Origin: Rhodospirillaceae bacterium
GTDB lineage: Bacteria > Pseudomonadota > Alphaproteobacteria > UBA6615
Direction: 5' to 3'
DNA length: 64,000 bases
NCBI GenBank assembly: GCA_038140435.1
Contig: JAYQGE010000003.1
Coordinates: 357-64,356, forward strand
Shown one piece after another: positions 30,825 to 40,532 of the stretch. Position numbers and translations under genes: made by a program. Each line of letters begins with the position of its first letter. Within the stretch, counting starts at the first letter, position 1. Under the pieces are notes generated by a model. The model made no database searches. It was not told the origin of the DNA and saw only the letters and a program-made list of their open reading frames with translations.

Positions 30825-31790
30825 ATGGCCACGATCCGCCCCGCCGACGACGCGACGCTCGCCGATGCGGCCGCCTGCCTCAGTGCAGGCGATTTGGTCG
30901 CGTTCCCGACCGAGACCGTCTACGGGCTGGGCGCGGACGCGCGGGACGACGACGCGGTCGCACGGATCTTCGCGGCGAAGGACCGGCCCAGCTTCAACCC
31001 GCTGATCGTGCATGTCGCGGACCGCGCGGCGGCCGAGACGCTCGGAACCTTCAACGACACCGCCCGCGCACTCGCGGATCGCTTCTGGCCGGGCCCGCTG
31101 AGCATCGTGGTGCCCCGGCGCGCCGAGGCCGGTCTCTCGCTGCTGGTGAGCGCCGGACTCGACACGGTGGCGCTGCGCGCGCCCGCCCACCCCCTCGCCC
31201 AGGACCTGCTGGACCATTTCGGCGGGCCCATCGCCGCGCCGAGCGCCAACCGGGCGGGCGAAATCAGCCCGACCCGCGCCGAGCATGTCGCGGATTCCCT
31301 TGGAGACGCCGTCGATCTCGTTGTCGATGGCGGCGCCTGCATGGTGGGACTGGAATCGACCGTGATCGACCTGTGCGGCGATCGCCCGGCGATCCTCCGC
31401 CACGGCGCAATCACCCGCGAACAGCTCGAACGGCAGATCGGTGAGGTCGAGGATGCGAGCGTCGCGGAGGACGAGACCGCGCCGCGCTCCCCGGGCCAGA
31501 TCGCACGCCACTATGCCCCGTCGATCCCGATCCGGATCGACGTTAAGGACCCGCGCCCGGACGAGGCCTACGCCGCGTTCGGCGAGCCCGCGCCGAACCC
31601 CGCCGCGACGACCCTGAGCCTGAGCCCCTCGGGCGATGTGATCGAGGCCGCCGCCCGATTGTTCGCGACCCTGCGCGCGCTCGACCGGCCGGAGTTCGCC
31701 GGAATCGCGGTGGCCCCGGTGCCGGAAACCGGGATCGGGCGGGCGATCAACGACCGGCTGCGCCGCGCCGTCGCGGCGCAGGCGGACTGA
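30825..31790 (+). CDS. tsaC: L-threonylcarbamoyladenylate synthase (Sua5/YwlC-type: YrdC domain plus Sua5 C-terminal domain)
   Basis: 321 aa. YrdC motifs FPTETVYGLGADA, KDRPSFNPLIVHV, PSANRAG. C-terminal Sua5 extension. Confidence 0.85.
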   Translation: MATIRPADDATLADAAACLSAGDLVAFPTETVYGLGADARDDDAVARIFAAKDRPSFNPLIVHVADRAAAETLGTFNDTARALADRFWPGPLSIVVPRRAEAGLSLLVSAGLDTVALRAPAHPLAQDLLDHFGGPIAAPSANRAGEISPTRAEHVADSLGDAVDLVVDGGACMVGLESTVIDLCGDRPAILRHGAITREQLERQIGEVEDASVAEDETAPRSPGQIARHYAPSIPIRIDVKDPRPDEAYAAFGEPAPNPAATTLSLSPSGDVIEAAARLFATLRALDRPEFAGIAVAPVPETGIGRAINDRLRRAVAAQAD

Positions 31791-31845
31791 GACCGCGCAC
31801 ACACGCGAGTTGCCCCCGTCCGGCCACGGGGCTAAATCTGGCCCC

Positions 31846-33309
31846 ATGAACAAGCTTTCCCCGACACCCGGCGGCGGCCTGCCCGACGGCCTCCTCGACC
31901 GGCTGGCCGAGATCGTCGGTCCCGCCGGCCTGGTGACCGACGCCGGCGACATGGAACCCTATATCGCCGAGCAGCGCGGGCTCTACCGCGGCGAGACGCC
32001 GTGCGTCGTCCGGCCCGCCTCGACCGACGAGGTGTCCCGGGTCGTCGCGGCGTGTCATGACGCGAATGTCGCGATCGTGCCCCAGGGCGGCAACACCGGC
32101 CTGTGCGGCGGCGCGGTCGCGTCCGGCGAGGTGGTCCTCAGCCTCGCGCGGATGAACAATGTCCGCGAGGTCGATCCGGAGAATTTCACGATGACCGTGG
32201 ACGCCGGCTGCGTCCTCGCATCGCTTCAGGAGGTCGCGGAGGAGCATGACCGGCTGTTCCCGCTCAGCCTCGGCGCCGAGGGGTCGTGCCAGATCGGCGG
32301 CAACCTCTCGACCAACGCGGGCGGCACTGCGGTGATCCGCTACGGCAACACCCGCGAGCTGACCCTCGGGCTCGAGGTCGTGCTGCCCGACGGCGAAGTC
32401 TGGGACGGGCTGACGGGCTTGCGCAAGAACAACACCGGCTACGACCTCAAGCACCTGTTCATCGGCGCGGAGGGCACGCTCGGGATCATCACCGGCGCGG
32501 TCGTGAAGCTCTTCCCCCGGCCGCGGGTCCGCAGCACCGCCTTTATCGCGCTCCGCGACCTGGAGGATGTGCTCGAGGTGCTGGGCCGGGCGCGCAAGGC
32601 CAGCGGCGACACGGTCTCCGGCTTCGAACTCATCCCCCGCATCTGCATCGACATCTCGATCCGGCACACCGAGGGGACGTTCGAGTTCCTCGAGGGCCGG
32701 CACGAGTGGTACGCGCTGATCGAGTTCGAGAGCAGCGAGGAGAGCCTGGATCTCGGCAACGCGATGGAGAATTTTCTTGCCGCCGCCTACGAGGACGGGC
32801 TGGTCGTCGACGCGACGATCGCCCAGTCGGATAGCCAGCGCGACCAATTCTGGTTCCTGCGCGAGGCCATGGTCCTGTCCCAGAAGCCCGAGGGCGCGAG
32901 CATCAAGAACGACGTCTCGGTCCCCATCTCGAAGGTCCCGCAGTTCATCCGCGCGGCCAACGCCGCGGTGGCCGAGATGTATCCGGGCATTCGCCCGCTC
33001 GCCTTCGGCCATATCGGCGACGGAAACATCCACTACAACCTGTCCCAGCCCGTGGACGGCGATCCGCAGGAGTTCCTCGACCGCTGGGACGAAATCACCG
33101 GCCGGGTCGCGGATATCGCGCTGTCCATGCGCGGCAGCTTTTCCGCCGAGCACGGCATCGGCAAGCTCAAGGTCCACGACCTCGCAGCGCGCAAATCGAC
33201 CGTCGAGCTCGCCATGATGCACGCGATCAAGCGCGCGCTCGATCCGAAGGGACTGATGAACCCGGGCAAGGTGCTGCCGGCACCCCCGCAGGAGCAAGGC
33301 AATGTCTGA
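31846..33309 (+). CDS. FAD-linked oxidase (GlcD/D-lactate or D-2-hydroxyacid dehydrogenase family)
   Basis: 487 aa from MNKLSPTPGG. PCMH-type FAD-binding domain (PQGGNTGLCGG) and C-terminal FAD-oxidase domain (AEHGIGKLK). Confidence 0.8.
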   Translation: MNKLSPTPGGGLPDGLLDRLAEIVGPAGLVTDAGDMEPYIAEQRGLYRGETPCVVRPASTDEVSRVVAACHDANVAIVPQGGNTGLCGGAVASGEVVLSLARMNNVREVDPENFTMTVDAGCVLASLQEVAEEHDRLFPLSLGAEGSCQIGGNLSTNAGGTAVIRYGNTRELTLGLEVVLPDGEVWDGLTGLRKNNTGYDLKHLFIGAEGTLGIITGAVVKLFPRPRVRSTAFIALRDLEDVLEVLGRARKASGDTVSGFELIPRICIDISIRHTEGTFEFLEGRHEWYALIEFESSEESLDLGNAMENFLAAAYEDGLVVDATIAQSDSQRDQFWFLREAMVLSQKPEGASIKNDVSVPISKVPQFIRAANAAVAEMYPGIRPLAFGHIGDGNIHYNLSQPVDGDPQEFLDRWDEITGRVADIALSMRGSFSAEHGIGKLKVHDLAARKSTVELAMMHAIKRALDPKGLMNPGKVLPAPPQEQGNV

Positions 33310-35080
33310 CTACAACGCCCCCGTCCAGGACATGCAGTTCGTCCTGGAGCATCTTTGCGACATGGCGGGCCTGCGCGAACTGCCCGCGTTCGAAGAGACC
33401 ACGAGCGATCTCGTGGAGCAGATTCTCAACGAATCCGCGCGGTTTACCGGCGAGGTCATCGCGCCGCTCAACCAGCCCGGCGACCAGCAGACTTCAACCC
33501 TGGCGGACGACGCGGTCACCACCCCGGACGGCTTCAGGGAGGCCTACCAGGCCTTCGTCGAGGGCGGCTGGAACGGCACACCCTTCGAGCCCGAGCATGG
33601 CGGCATGGGCCTGCCCTGGACCATCACCACGGCGCTGCAGGAGATGTGGCAGTCCTCGAACCTCGCCTGGTCGCTGTGCCCGCTGCTGACGATCGGCGCG
33701 ATCGAATCCCTGATCGCCCATGGCGCGCCCGAGCTGCAGGATATCTATCTGGAGAAGCTCGTCTCCGGCGCGTGGACCGGTACCATGAACCTCACCGAGC
33801 CCCAGGCGGGGACGGATCTCAGCCTCCTCAAGACCCGCGCGGAGCGCGACGGTGACCATTACCGGATCACCGGGCAGAAGATCTTCATCACCTATGGCGA
33901 GCAGGACTTCACCGACAACATCATCCATCTCGTCCTGGCCCGGCTGCCCGACGCGCCGCCGGGGGTGAAGGGGATCAGCCTGTTCCTCGTCCCGAAGTAT
34001 CTGGTCAATGCGGACGGGTCGCTCGGCGAACGCAACGACGCCTATGCCATCGGCCTCGAGCACAAGCTCGGCATCCATGCGAGTCCGACCTGCGTGATGG
34101 CCTATGGCGAGCGGAGCGAGGGTGCGGTCGGTTACCTCATCGGCGAGGAGTATGACGGGCTGCGCTGCATGTTCACGATGATGAACAACGCGCGGCTCAA
34201 CGTCGGCCTGCAGGGCGTCGCGGTCGCGGAGCGCGCCTACCAGCACGCCGTCGCGTATGCCCGCGAGCGGGTCCAGTCCGCGCCGGTGTCGGGCGGGGGC
34301 GAGTCCGTGACGATCATCCAGCACCCGGACGTACGCCGGATGCTGATGACCATGCGCGCCCAAACAGAGGCGATGCGGGCACTTGCCTACTATACGAACT
34401 CGGCGCTCGACCGGTCGCGCCACGACCCGGACGGCGATACGCGCGGCCTGAATTCTCGCCGCACCGACCTGTTGACCCCCGTGGTCAAGGCCTGGTGCAC
34501 CGATCTGGGCGTCGATATCGCCTCGATCGGGGTCCAGGTCCATGGCGGCATGGGCTTCATCGAAGAGACCGGCGCCGCCCAGTATTTCCGGGATTCGCGG
34601 ATCGCGCCGATCTACGAGGGCACCAACGGCATCCAGGCGAACGACCTGCTGGGCCGCAAGCTCCTGCGCGACGGCGGCGCGGCCATGGAGGAGCTGCTCG
34701 ACGAGATGGACGGGATATCCGCGACGCAGACCGACGACCCGGAACTGCAGGCGATGCTCGACGCCCAGGCCGTGGCGAACCAGGCGCTCCGCCGCGCGAC
34801 CGAATGGATGCTCGACCCGGCCAACAACGACACGGACCGCAAGTTCGCGGGCGCGGTGCCGTATCTGCACCTGACCGGCACGGTCGTCGGCGGCTGGCTG
34901 ATGACCCGCGCGGCGATCGCCGCGCGCAATGGCGCGGACTTCCCGCAGGCGTTTCTGGACTCGAAGCGCATCACGACGAAGTTCTACGCCGACCACATCC
35001 TGCCCCGCGCGGCCATGCATCTGGCCACGATCACCGAGGGCGGAGACTCGGTCCTCGCGCTGGCCGAAGACGCCTTCTAG
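33302..35080 (+). CDS. Long-chain-type acyl-CoA dehydrogenase (about 590 aa, AcdA/FadE-like with C-terminal extension)
   Basis: 592 aa. ACAD N-terminal, middle beta-barrel and C-terminal domains with YEGTNGIQ, plus the extra C-terminal helical domain typical of DUF1974-containing ACADs. Start overlaps the preceding gene by 8 nt. Confidence 0.85.
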   Translation: MSDYNAPVQDMQFVLEHLCDMAGLRELPAFEETTSDLVEQILNESARFTGEVIAPLNQPGDQQTSTLADDAVTTPDGFREAYQAFVEGGWNGTPFEPEHGGMGLPWTITTALQEMWQSSNLAWSLCPLLTIGAIESLIAHGAPELQDIYLEKLVSGAWTGTMNLTEPQAGTDLSLLKTRAERDGDHYRITGQKIFITYGEQDFTDNIIHLVLARLPDAPPGVKGISLFLVPKYLVNADGSLGERNDAYAIGLEHKLGIHASPTCVMAYGERSEGAVGYLIGEEYDGLRCMFTMMNNARLNVGLQGVAVAERAYQHAVAYARERVQSAPVSGGGESVTIIQHPDVRRMLMTMRAQTEAMRALAYYTNSALDRSRHDPDGDTRGLNSRRTDLLTPVVKAWCTDLGVDIASIGVQVHGGMGFIEETGAAQYFRDSRIAPIYEGTNGIQANDLLGRKLLRDGGAAMEELLDEMDGISATQTDDPELQAMLDAQAVANQALRRATEWMLDPANNDTDRKFAGAVPYLHLTGTVVGGWLMTRAAIAARNGADFPQAFLDSKRITTKFYADHILPRAAMHLATITEGGDSVLALAEDAF

Positions 35081-35179
35081 AACTTTTTACGACCCCTGTG
35101 ACGCACGTCACATCGCGTTCGTCCGGCACCCGATACATTCCCATCATTGCTCCCTACCCAGGAAGTATGCCTCCCCTCA

Positions 35180-35214
35180 GGGACGGTGACCCGGCACCGC
35201 CGGGTCACCGTCCC
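35180..35214. other. Perfect 15-bp-stem hairpin GGGACGGTGACCCGG-caccg-CCGGGTCACCGTCCC in the speH upstream region
   Basis: Seen directly. No flanking U-tract on either strand, so not a canonical intrinsic terminator. Possible REP-like element or protein site. Confidence 0.5.
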
Positions 35215-35344
35215 ACCCCCATATTTCGATGCCTACGCGGGCGCAAACGAAACACCGGATTTGTCGCGCATTTCCTTGTTGCGCCGCCCCGAAAAATCAC
35301 TAAAAAGCTCCGGCCCGACAATTGCCCGCAGGAGTTCCCATGGG

Positions 35345-35758
35345 ATGGCAAACAACACGTCCGCGGCCGTAGAACCGGTCGACCTCACCGACTACTTCAT
35401 CCATGAGGACGGCGTCGCCTTCGCCGGCCGCCATCTCCTGATCGATCTGTGGGATGCGGAGCATCTGACGGATATCGACTATATCGAGCAAACCCTTTGC
35501 CGGGCTGCTGCCGCCGCCAACGCGACGGTGCTGAAGGTCGACCTCCACCAGTTTTCGGATTCGGGCGGCGTGTCGGGTGTTGCGATCCTGGCCGAGAGCC
35601 ATATCTCAATCCACACCTGGCCCGAGCGCGACTATGCCGCCCTCGATGTCTTCATGTGCGGTTCGTGCAACCCGCACAACGCGTTGCCCATCCTCAAATC
35701 GGCATTCAACGCGAAGTCCGCGACCGTGAACGAAACCCGCCGGGGTGTGGTGGCTTGA
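35345..35758 (+). CDS. speH: S-adenosylmethionine decarboxylase proenzyme, small (SpeH-type, class 1A)
   Basis: 137 aa from MANNTSAAVE (CAGGAG RBS). Self-cleavage/pyruvoyl site ESHISIHTWPE. Confidence 0.85.
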   Translation: MANNTSAAVEPVDLTDYFIHEDGVAFAGRHLLIDLWDAEHLTDIDYIEQTLCRAAAAANATVLKVDLHQFSDSGGVSGVAILAESHISIHTWPERDYAALDVFMCGSCNPHNALPILKSAFNAKSATVNETRRGVVA

Positions 35759-36639
35759 CGGATTCGGGTCGTGCGCCCGGACGCGACTGGGCCTGGTTCG
35801 ACGAACCGCTCGGTGTCGGTCTTCAACTGGGCGTCGAAGTCGAATCCATAGTCTTTCGCGAGACGACCGAACACCAGGACCTGGTGATCTACGAGACCGC
35901 GCAATGGGGCCGGGTGATGGCGCTCGACGGCATCATGCAGGTCTGCGAGCGCGACGAATTCATCTATCACGAGATGCTGACCCATGTGCCTGTACTGGCC
36001 CACGGGAACGCCTCCACGATCTGCATCATCGGTGGCGGCGACGGCGGCATTCTCCGCGAGGCCCTGAAGCATCCGGTGAATCGCGTGACGATGGTCGAGA
36101 TCGATCCCTCCGTCATCGCTTTGTGCAGGGAACATCTGCCGTCCATATCCGCCGGCGCGTTCGACGATCCCCGCGCTGATGTCGTGATCGCCGACGGCGC
36201 CAGGTTCATCGCAGAAACCGACCGCCGGTTCGATGTGATCATCGTGGATTCGACCGACCCGATGGGACCGGGCGAGGTTCTCTTCACGTCCGAGTTCTAC
36301 GGCGCCTGCAAGGCACGGCTCACCGACGGCGGCGTGATCGTCACCCAGAGTGGTGTCGCCATGATCCAGGGGGGCGAGCTCACGACGACAGTACGCCGGC
36401 TGGGCGGGCATTTCGCGGATGCGAGCGCCTACATCGCGCCGGTTCCGACCTATGTCGGTGGTTTCATGGCACTCGGCTGGGGCACCGACGACACGAGCTT
36501 GCGCAACCTGTCTCCCGAGCAACTTGCCAAGCGGTTCCGCGAAGCCGATATCACGACGCGCTACTACAACGCCGTCCTGCACGGCGGCGCGTTCGCGCTG
36601 CCGACCTATATCGCCGATCTCGTGGAGGCCGCCCGATGA
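35755..36639 (+). CDS. speE: Polyamine aminopropyltransferase (spermidine synthase)
   Basis: Starts at TTG 35755, overlapping the speH stop (TTGA). Motifs IGGGDGG, D-x-TDP, SpeE-type N-terminal tetramerisation beta-hairpin region. Confidence 0.8.
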   Translation: MTDSGRAPGRDWAWFDEPLGVGLQLGVEVESIVFRETTEHQDLVIYETAQWGRVMALDGIMQVCERDEFIYHEMLTHVPVLAHGNASTICIIGGGDGGILREALKHPVNRVTMVEIDPSVIALCREHLPSISAGAFDDPRADVVIADGARFIAETDRRFDVIIVDSTDPMGPGEVLFTSEFYGACKARLTDGGVIVTQSGVAMIQGGELTTTVRRLGGHFADASAYIAPVPTYVGGFMALGWGTDDTSLRNLSPEQLAKRFREADITTRYYNAVLHGGAFALPTYIADLVEAAR

Positions 36640-37238
36640 GCGATCCGATCAAGTTCTACTTCGCCTGCGTCTCGCCCTGGTCCTATCTCGCCCTCGACGG
36701 GCTCAAATCCATCGCCGAAAAGCACGGCCGCGAGGTTGTTTACAAGCCGACCCATGTCGGCCGCCAGTGGCAGGAGACCAGCGCCGGGCGGCCGCTCGGA
36801 GACCGCCCCGAGGTGCTCCAGGCCTACCGGCTGATCGATCTGCCGCGCTGGGCTGCATGGCGCGACGTGCCCCTGAACACGGAGCCGAAGCATTTCCCCG
36901 CACCCTTCCTGCTGTCGTCGTGTGTGATCATCGCTGCCGGCCAGACCGGGGCCGAGATGTACGAGATCACCCGCGCGCTGATGCGCGGCTGCTGGGCTGA
37001 AGAAAGGAACATCGGCGACCCGGACGACGTCGCAGCCATTGCCGACGCGATCGGGCTGGATGGCGCGGCTCTGGTGGCAGCGGCGGAAACCGACGCGGTC
37101 GTGGCGGAGCTCGAGGCCAACACCGACGAATCCCTCGCCGATGGTGCCTGGAGCGTGCCGTCCATCGTCGTGGACGGCGAACTCTTCTTCGGCCAGGACC
37201 GCCTGGAAATGATCGACTGGCGGCTGTCCGGCGCCTGA
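36636..37238 (+). CDS. DsbA-like thioredoxin-fold protein of the 2-hydroxychromene-2-carboxylate isomerase family
   Basis: 200 aa. Start overlaps the speE stop (ATGA). N-terminal FYFACVSPWSY, typical of the HCCA isomerase/DsbA family (no CxxC). Confidence 0.7.
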   Translation: MSDPIKFYFACVSPWSYLALDGLKSIAEKHGREVVYKPTHVGRQWQETSAGRPLGDRPEVLQAYRLIDLPRWAAWRDVPLNTEPKHFPAPFLLSSCVIIAAGQTGAEMYEITRALMRGCWAEERNIGDPDDVAAIADAIGLDGAALVAAAETDAVVAELEANTDESLADGAWSVPSIVVDGELFFGQDRLEMIDWRLSGA

Positions 37239-37289
37239 TCGCCGCATGCGGCACTTGCGCGAAGCGCACACCGGGGCCTTTACTGGTGC

Positions 37290-38114
37290 ATGGACATGTT
37301 TCTGGAACTGGCGCCGCTCGCCGCCGTCCTGATCGCGACCGGCTGCATCGCGGGCGTTCTCGCGGGCCTGCTGGGCGTTGGCGGCGGGATCATCGTCGTA
37401 CCGGTCCTGTTCACGATGCTCGGCCTGATCGACATCGACCCGTCCGTGCGGATGCACGTCGCGGTCGGCACATCTCTCGCCAGCATCGTCATTACATCGG
37501 TGATCTCGGCGCGCTCACATCACAAGCGCGGCGCGGTCGATATCGATCTGCTCCGGAAATGGGGTGTCTGGATCTTCGCGGGCTCGGTCGCCGGCACGCT
37601 GGTCGCCGGCGCGGTTGACGGACCGGTTCTCAGCATGGTGTTCGCCTGCGTGGCCCTCGCGGTCGCGCTCTACATGGCGACGACCTCCGCCGACTTCAGA
37701 CTCCGGGAGTCCCTGCCGACGGGCATCGCCGGGCAATCCTCGGGATTCGTGATTGGCGGGCTGTCCGCGATGATGGGAATCGGCGGCGGCACCCTGTGCG
37801 TGCCCTACTTCAACGCGTTCGGCTTTCCGGTGCATCGTGCCGTCGGCACCGCCGCCGCGATCGGCCTCGTCATAGCACTACCAGCGACAATCGGCTTCGT
37901 CGCAACCGGCTGGGGAATCCCCGCCCTGCCCCAGGCGAGCGTCGGCCATGTGAACCTGCTCGGCCTTGTCCTGATCGCACCCTTCACCTCCCTGGCCGCT
38001 CCGCTCGGTGTGCGGCTGGCGCACCGACTGAGCGCGCGCGCGCTCAAGCTTCTGTTCGCGCTGTTCCTGTTCGCGACATCGGCGCGAATGCTTGTAGCAC
38101 TTATCCTCACCTAG
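37290..38114 (+). CDS. TauE/SafE (DUF81) family permease, third paralog
   Basis: 274 aa. LLGVGGGIIVVPVLF / MMGIGGGTLCVPYF glycine-rich repeats. Confidence 0.8.
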   Translation: MDMFLELAPLAAVLIATGCIAGVLAGLLGVGGGIIVVPVLFTMLGLIDIDPSVRMHVAVGTSLASIVITSVISARSHHKRGAVDIDLLRKWGVWIFAGSVAGTLVAGAVDGPVLSMVFACVALAVALYMATTSADFRLRESLPTGIAGQSSGFVIGGLSAMMGIGGGTLCVPYFNAFGFPVHRAVGTAAAIGLVIALPATIGFVATGWGIPALPQASVGHVNLLGLVLIAPFTSLAAPLGVRLAHRLSARALKLLFALFLFATSARMLVALILT

Positions 38115-38120
38115 CCCGGG

Positions 38121-38687
38121 TCAGCGGTTCCCGTCCCTGGCACCCAGCCAGGCCACAGCCTCTGCAAGTGATCCGAGGACCACATCGGCGCGCGTGGCGT
38201 TTGTGTCCTCGACTCCCTCGATAAGGATGCGCGTTCCCACGCCACCGTTGATGCCTGCCTCGATATCGGTTTCCCGGTCTCCGACGATGGCCGACGCAGC
38301 CATGTCGATCCCGAACGCGTCGCGGGCCTTGAACAGCATCCCGGGGCCCGGCTTCCGGTCCGGCGACTCGCGCTTGTAGACACCGATGCCCTCGTCCGGA
38401 TGGGTCGGCGAGAAATAGGTGCGGGCGATCTCGATACCGCGTTCCCGGAACTGCGCCTCTTTCCACTGGGTCAGTGCCCGGAACTGTTGCTCCGTGTAGA
38501 GGCCACGCCCGATTCCGGCCTGGTTGGTGACCACCACCAACAGGTACCCCATGTCCCGGGCGGCGATACAGGCGTCAAAGACGCCATCACAGAAGATGAA
38601 ATCCTCGATCCGCCAGATGTAGCCGCTGTCGACGTTGATCACACCGTCGCGGTCGAGGAAAAGCGCTTTCACGGGCCCTTGCGACAT
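38121..38687 (-). CDS. HAD-IIIA phosphatase, GmhB (D,D-heptose 1,7-bisphosphate phosphatase)/histidinol-phosphatase-like
   Basis: 188 aa. DRDGVIN motif I, VVTNQ motif II, GDRETD motif IV. Confidence 0.75.
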   Translation of the reverse strand: MSQGPVKALFLDRDGVINVDSGYIWRIEDFIFCDGVFDACIAARDMGYLLVVVTNQAGIGRGLYTEQQFRALTQWKEAQFRERGIEIARTYFSPTHPDEGIGVYKRESPDRKPGPGMLFKARDAFGIDMAASAIVGDRETDIEAGINGGVGTRILIEGVEDTNATRADVVLGSLAEAVAWLGARDGNR

Positions 38688-38696
38688 GATACCGGC

Positions 38697-40364
38697 CTAC
38701 TTGGCGGCATTCCGAACACGCTCGCGCAGCTCGGTGAGCGTGAAGTTGCTGGCGATCAGCTCCTGGTCCACGATCAGCTCGATAACGGCGGGCCGTCCGG
38801 CCGCGAGCGCGCGCTCCATGGCGGGCGCAAACTCCTCGGTCGTCGTGACCCGCTCACCCTGAGCGCCGAACGCCTCGGCCCAGGCGACAAAGTCCGGGTT
38901 CTGCAGGTGCGTCGCGATCTCGCGCCCCGGATATTCACGCTCCTCGTGCATCCGGATCGTTCCGTACATGCCATTGTTGGCGATGATCAGCACGATGGGC
39001 AGGTCGAACTGTACGGCTGTCGCGAGCTCGTTGCCGGTCATGAGGATCCCGCCGTCGCCGGCGTAGCAAATTACCGGGCTGTCGGGCCGCGCCGTCTTGG
39101 CCGCGATCGCGGCAGGCATGCCGTATCCCATCGAGCCATTGGCCGCGCCCAACTGGGTACGGAAGGTCCGGAAGCGGAAGAACCGGCTGAGCCAGCCGGC
39201 GAAGTTCCCGGCGTCACTCGTGACGATGGCATCATCGGGCAGGATGCTGCGGAGCTGCGCAAAGAGTTCGGCGAGGTTCAGCGGTCCGGGCACGTTCGTG
39301 GGAACGGTCCACGCCTCGAAGTCCGCACGCGCTTCCTCGCGCCAGGCTTTCCAGCGGTCCGGGTCGGTCTGCACATGGTGCCGTGCCTTCGCGACGAACG
39401 CGCCGATGCCCGCGGCGATCGGCAGATCGGACTGGAAGACCCGCCCGAGCTCCGTGTGGTCCGGATAGACATGGATCATGGTCTGATCCGGACGGGGGGC
39501 CTTCACGATGGTGTAGGCCTGGGAAGTCGTCTCACCAAGGCGCGCGCCGACAACCAGCAGCACATCGGCATCGCGGACTCGCTGGGCAAGCTTCGGGTTG
39601 GTGTTGTAGCCGAGCTCGCCGACGAAGTTCGGGTGGTCGTTGTCGAGAATGTCCATGACCCGGAAGGACGACACCGCCGGCAGACCGTTCGCCTCGCAGA
39701 AGGCCTCGAACTCCGCGCAGATCTCCGGCGACCAGCCGCCACCTCCAAAGATTGCAAGCGGACGCTCGGCGTTCGAGAGCAGCTCGCGCACCTGCGCGAT
39801 ATCGTCGTCACTCGGCTCCGGGTTCGGATGTGACGCAACCCGTGCGTCGGGTACATCCACCTCGTCGGTGAGCATGTCCTCCGGCAACGAAACGACCACG
39901 GGGCCAGGCCGCCCGCCCGCGGCGACGGCGAACGCCCGCGCCGTGATCTCCGGCATCCGGGCCGCATCATCGACCTCGACCGCCCATTTCGCGACCGGTG
40001 CGAACATCGCCTCGAAGTCGATCTCCTGGAACGCTTCGCGCCGGCGGAACTCCCTCGGCACCTGGCCGACAAACAGGATCATCGGCGATGAATCCTGCAA
40101 CGCCGTATGAACACCGATGCTGGCATTGCAGGCGCCGGGGCCACGAGTGACGAACGCGATCCCGGGCTTGCCGGTCAGCTTGCCGTAAGCCTCCGCGGCG
40201 TAGGCTGCGCCGTTCTCGTGCCGGCAGGTGATGACCCGCACCGAATCCCGAACATCGTAGAGCGCGTCCAGGGCGGCAAGATAGCTCTCGCCCGGTACGC
40301 AGAAAACAGTGTCGACCCCATGCAGAACCAGGGTATCGACCAAGACCTGACCACCCGTGCGCAC
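38697..40364 (-). CDS. Thiamine-diphosphate-dependent enzyme, acetolactate-synthase-like (substrate unassigned)
   Basis: 555 aa. Pyr domain (GPGACNA), central TPP_enzyme_M and C-terminal PP-binding GDGG...NN motif (YAGDGGILMTGNELATA...IANNGMYG). Confidence 0.8.
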   Translation of the reverse strand: MRTGGQVLVDTLVLHGVDTVFCVPGESYLAALDALYDVRDSVRVITCRHENGAAYAAEAYGKLTGKPGIAFVTRGPGACNASIGVHTALQDSSPMILFVGQVPREFRRREAFQEIDFEAMFAPVAKWAVEVDDAARMPEITARAFAVAAGGRPGPVVVSLPEDMLTDEVDVPDARVASHPNPEPSDDDIAQVRELLSNAERPLAIFGGGGWSPEICAEFEAFCEANGLPAVSSFRVMDILDNDHPNFVGELGYNTNPKLAQRVRDADVLLVVGARLGETTSQAYTIVKAPRPDQTMIHVYPDHTELGRVFQSDLPIAAGIGAFVAKARHHVQTDPDRWKAWREEARADFEAWTVPTNVPGPLNLAELFAQLRSILPDDAIVTSDAGNFAGWLSRFFRFRTFRTQLGAANGSMGYGMPAAIAAKTARPDSPVICYAGDGGILMTGNELATAVQFDLPIVLIIANNGMYGTIRMHEEREYPGREIATHLQNPDFVAWAEAFGAQGERVTTTEEFAPAMERALAAGRPAVIELIVDQELIASNFTLTELRERVRNAAK

Positions 40365-40532
40365 GCTTCCTCCTTCGACATAACAGTGTGATTTTATTTT
40401 ATTATTCGGCGATGCACATCGCCCATGAACAGGTCCCGGAGACTAACATCTGGCGAGGCGCCGGAAAACCGGGCGTGATAGTATCATTGACGGAACAAGT
40501 CCGTTCAGCCAGCGGAAAGGCCGCGCGCGTCC

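Noticed and set aside
35081-35344. SAM-responsive riboswitch upstream of speH (SAM decarboxylase)
   Set aside because: Only a single perfect hairpin is visible. I could not find the pseudoknot-forming conserved nucleotides of SAM-II/SAM-V or any other riboswitch consensus by eye. Needs an Infernal scan before any such claim.
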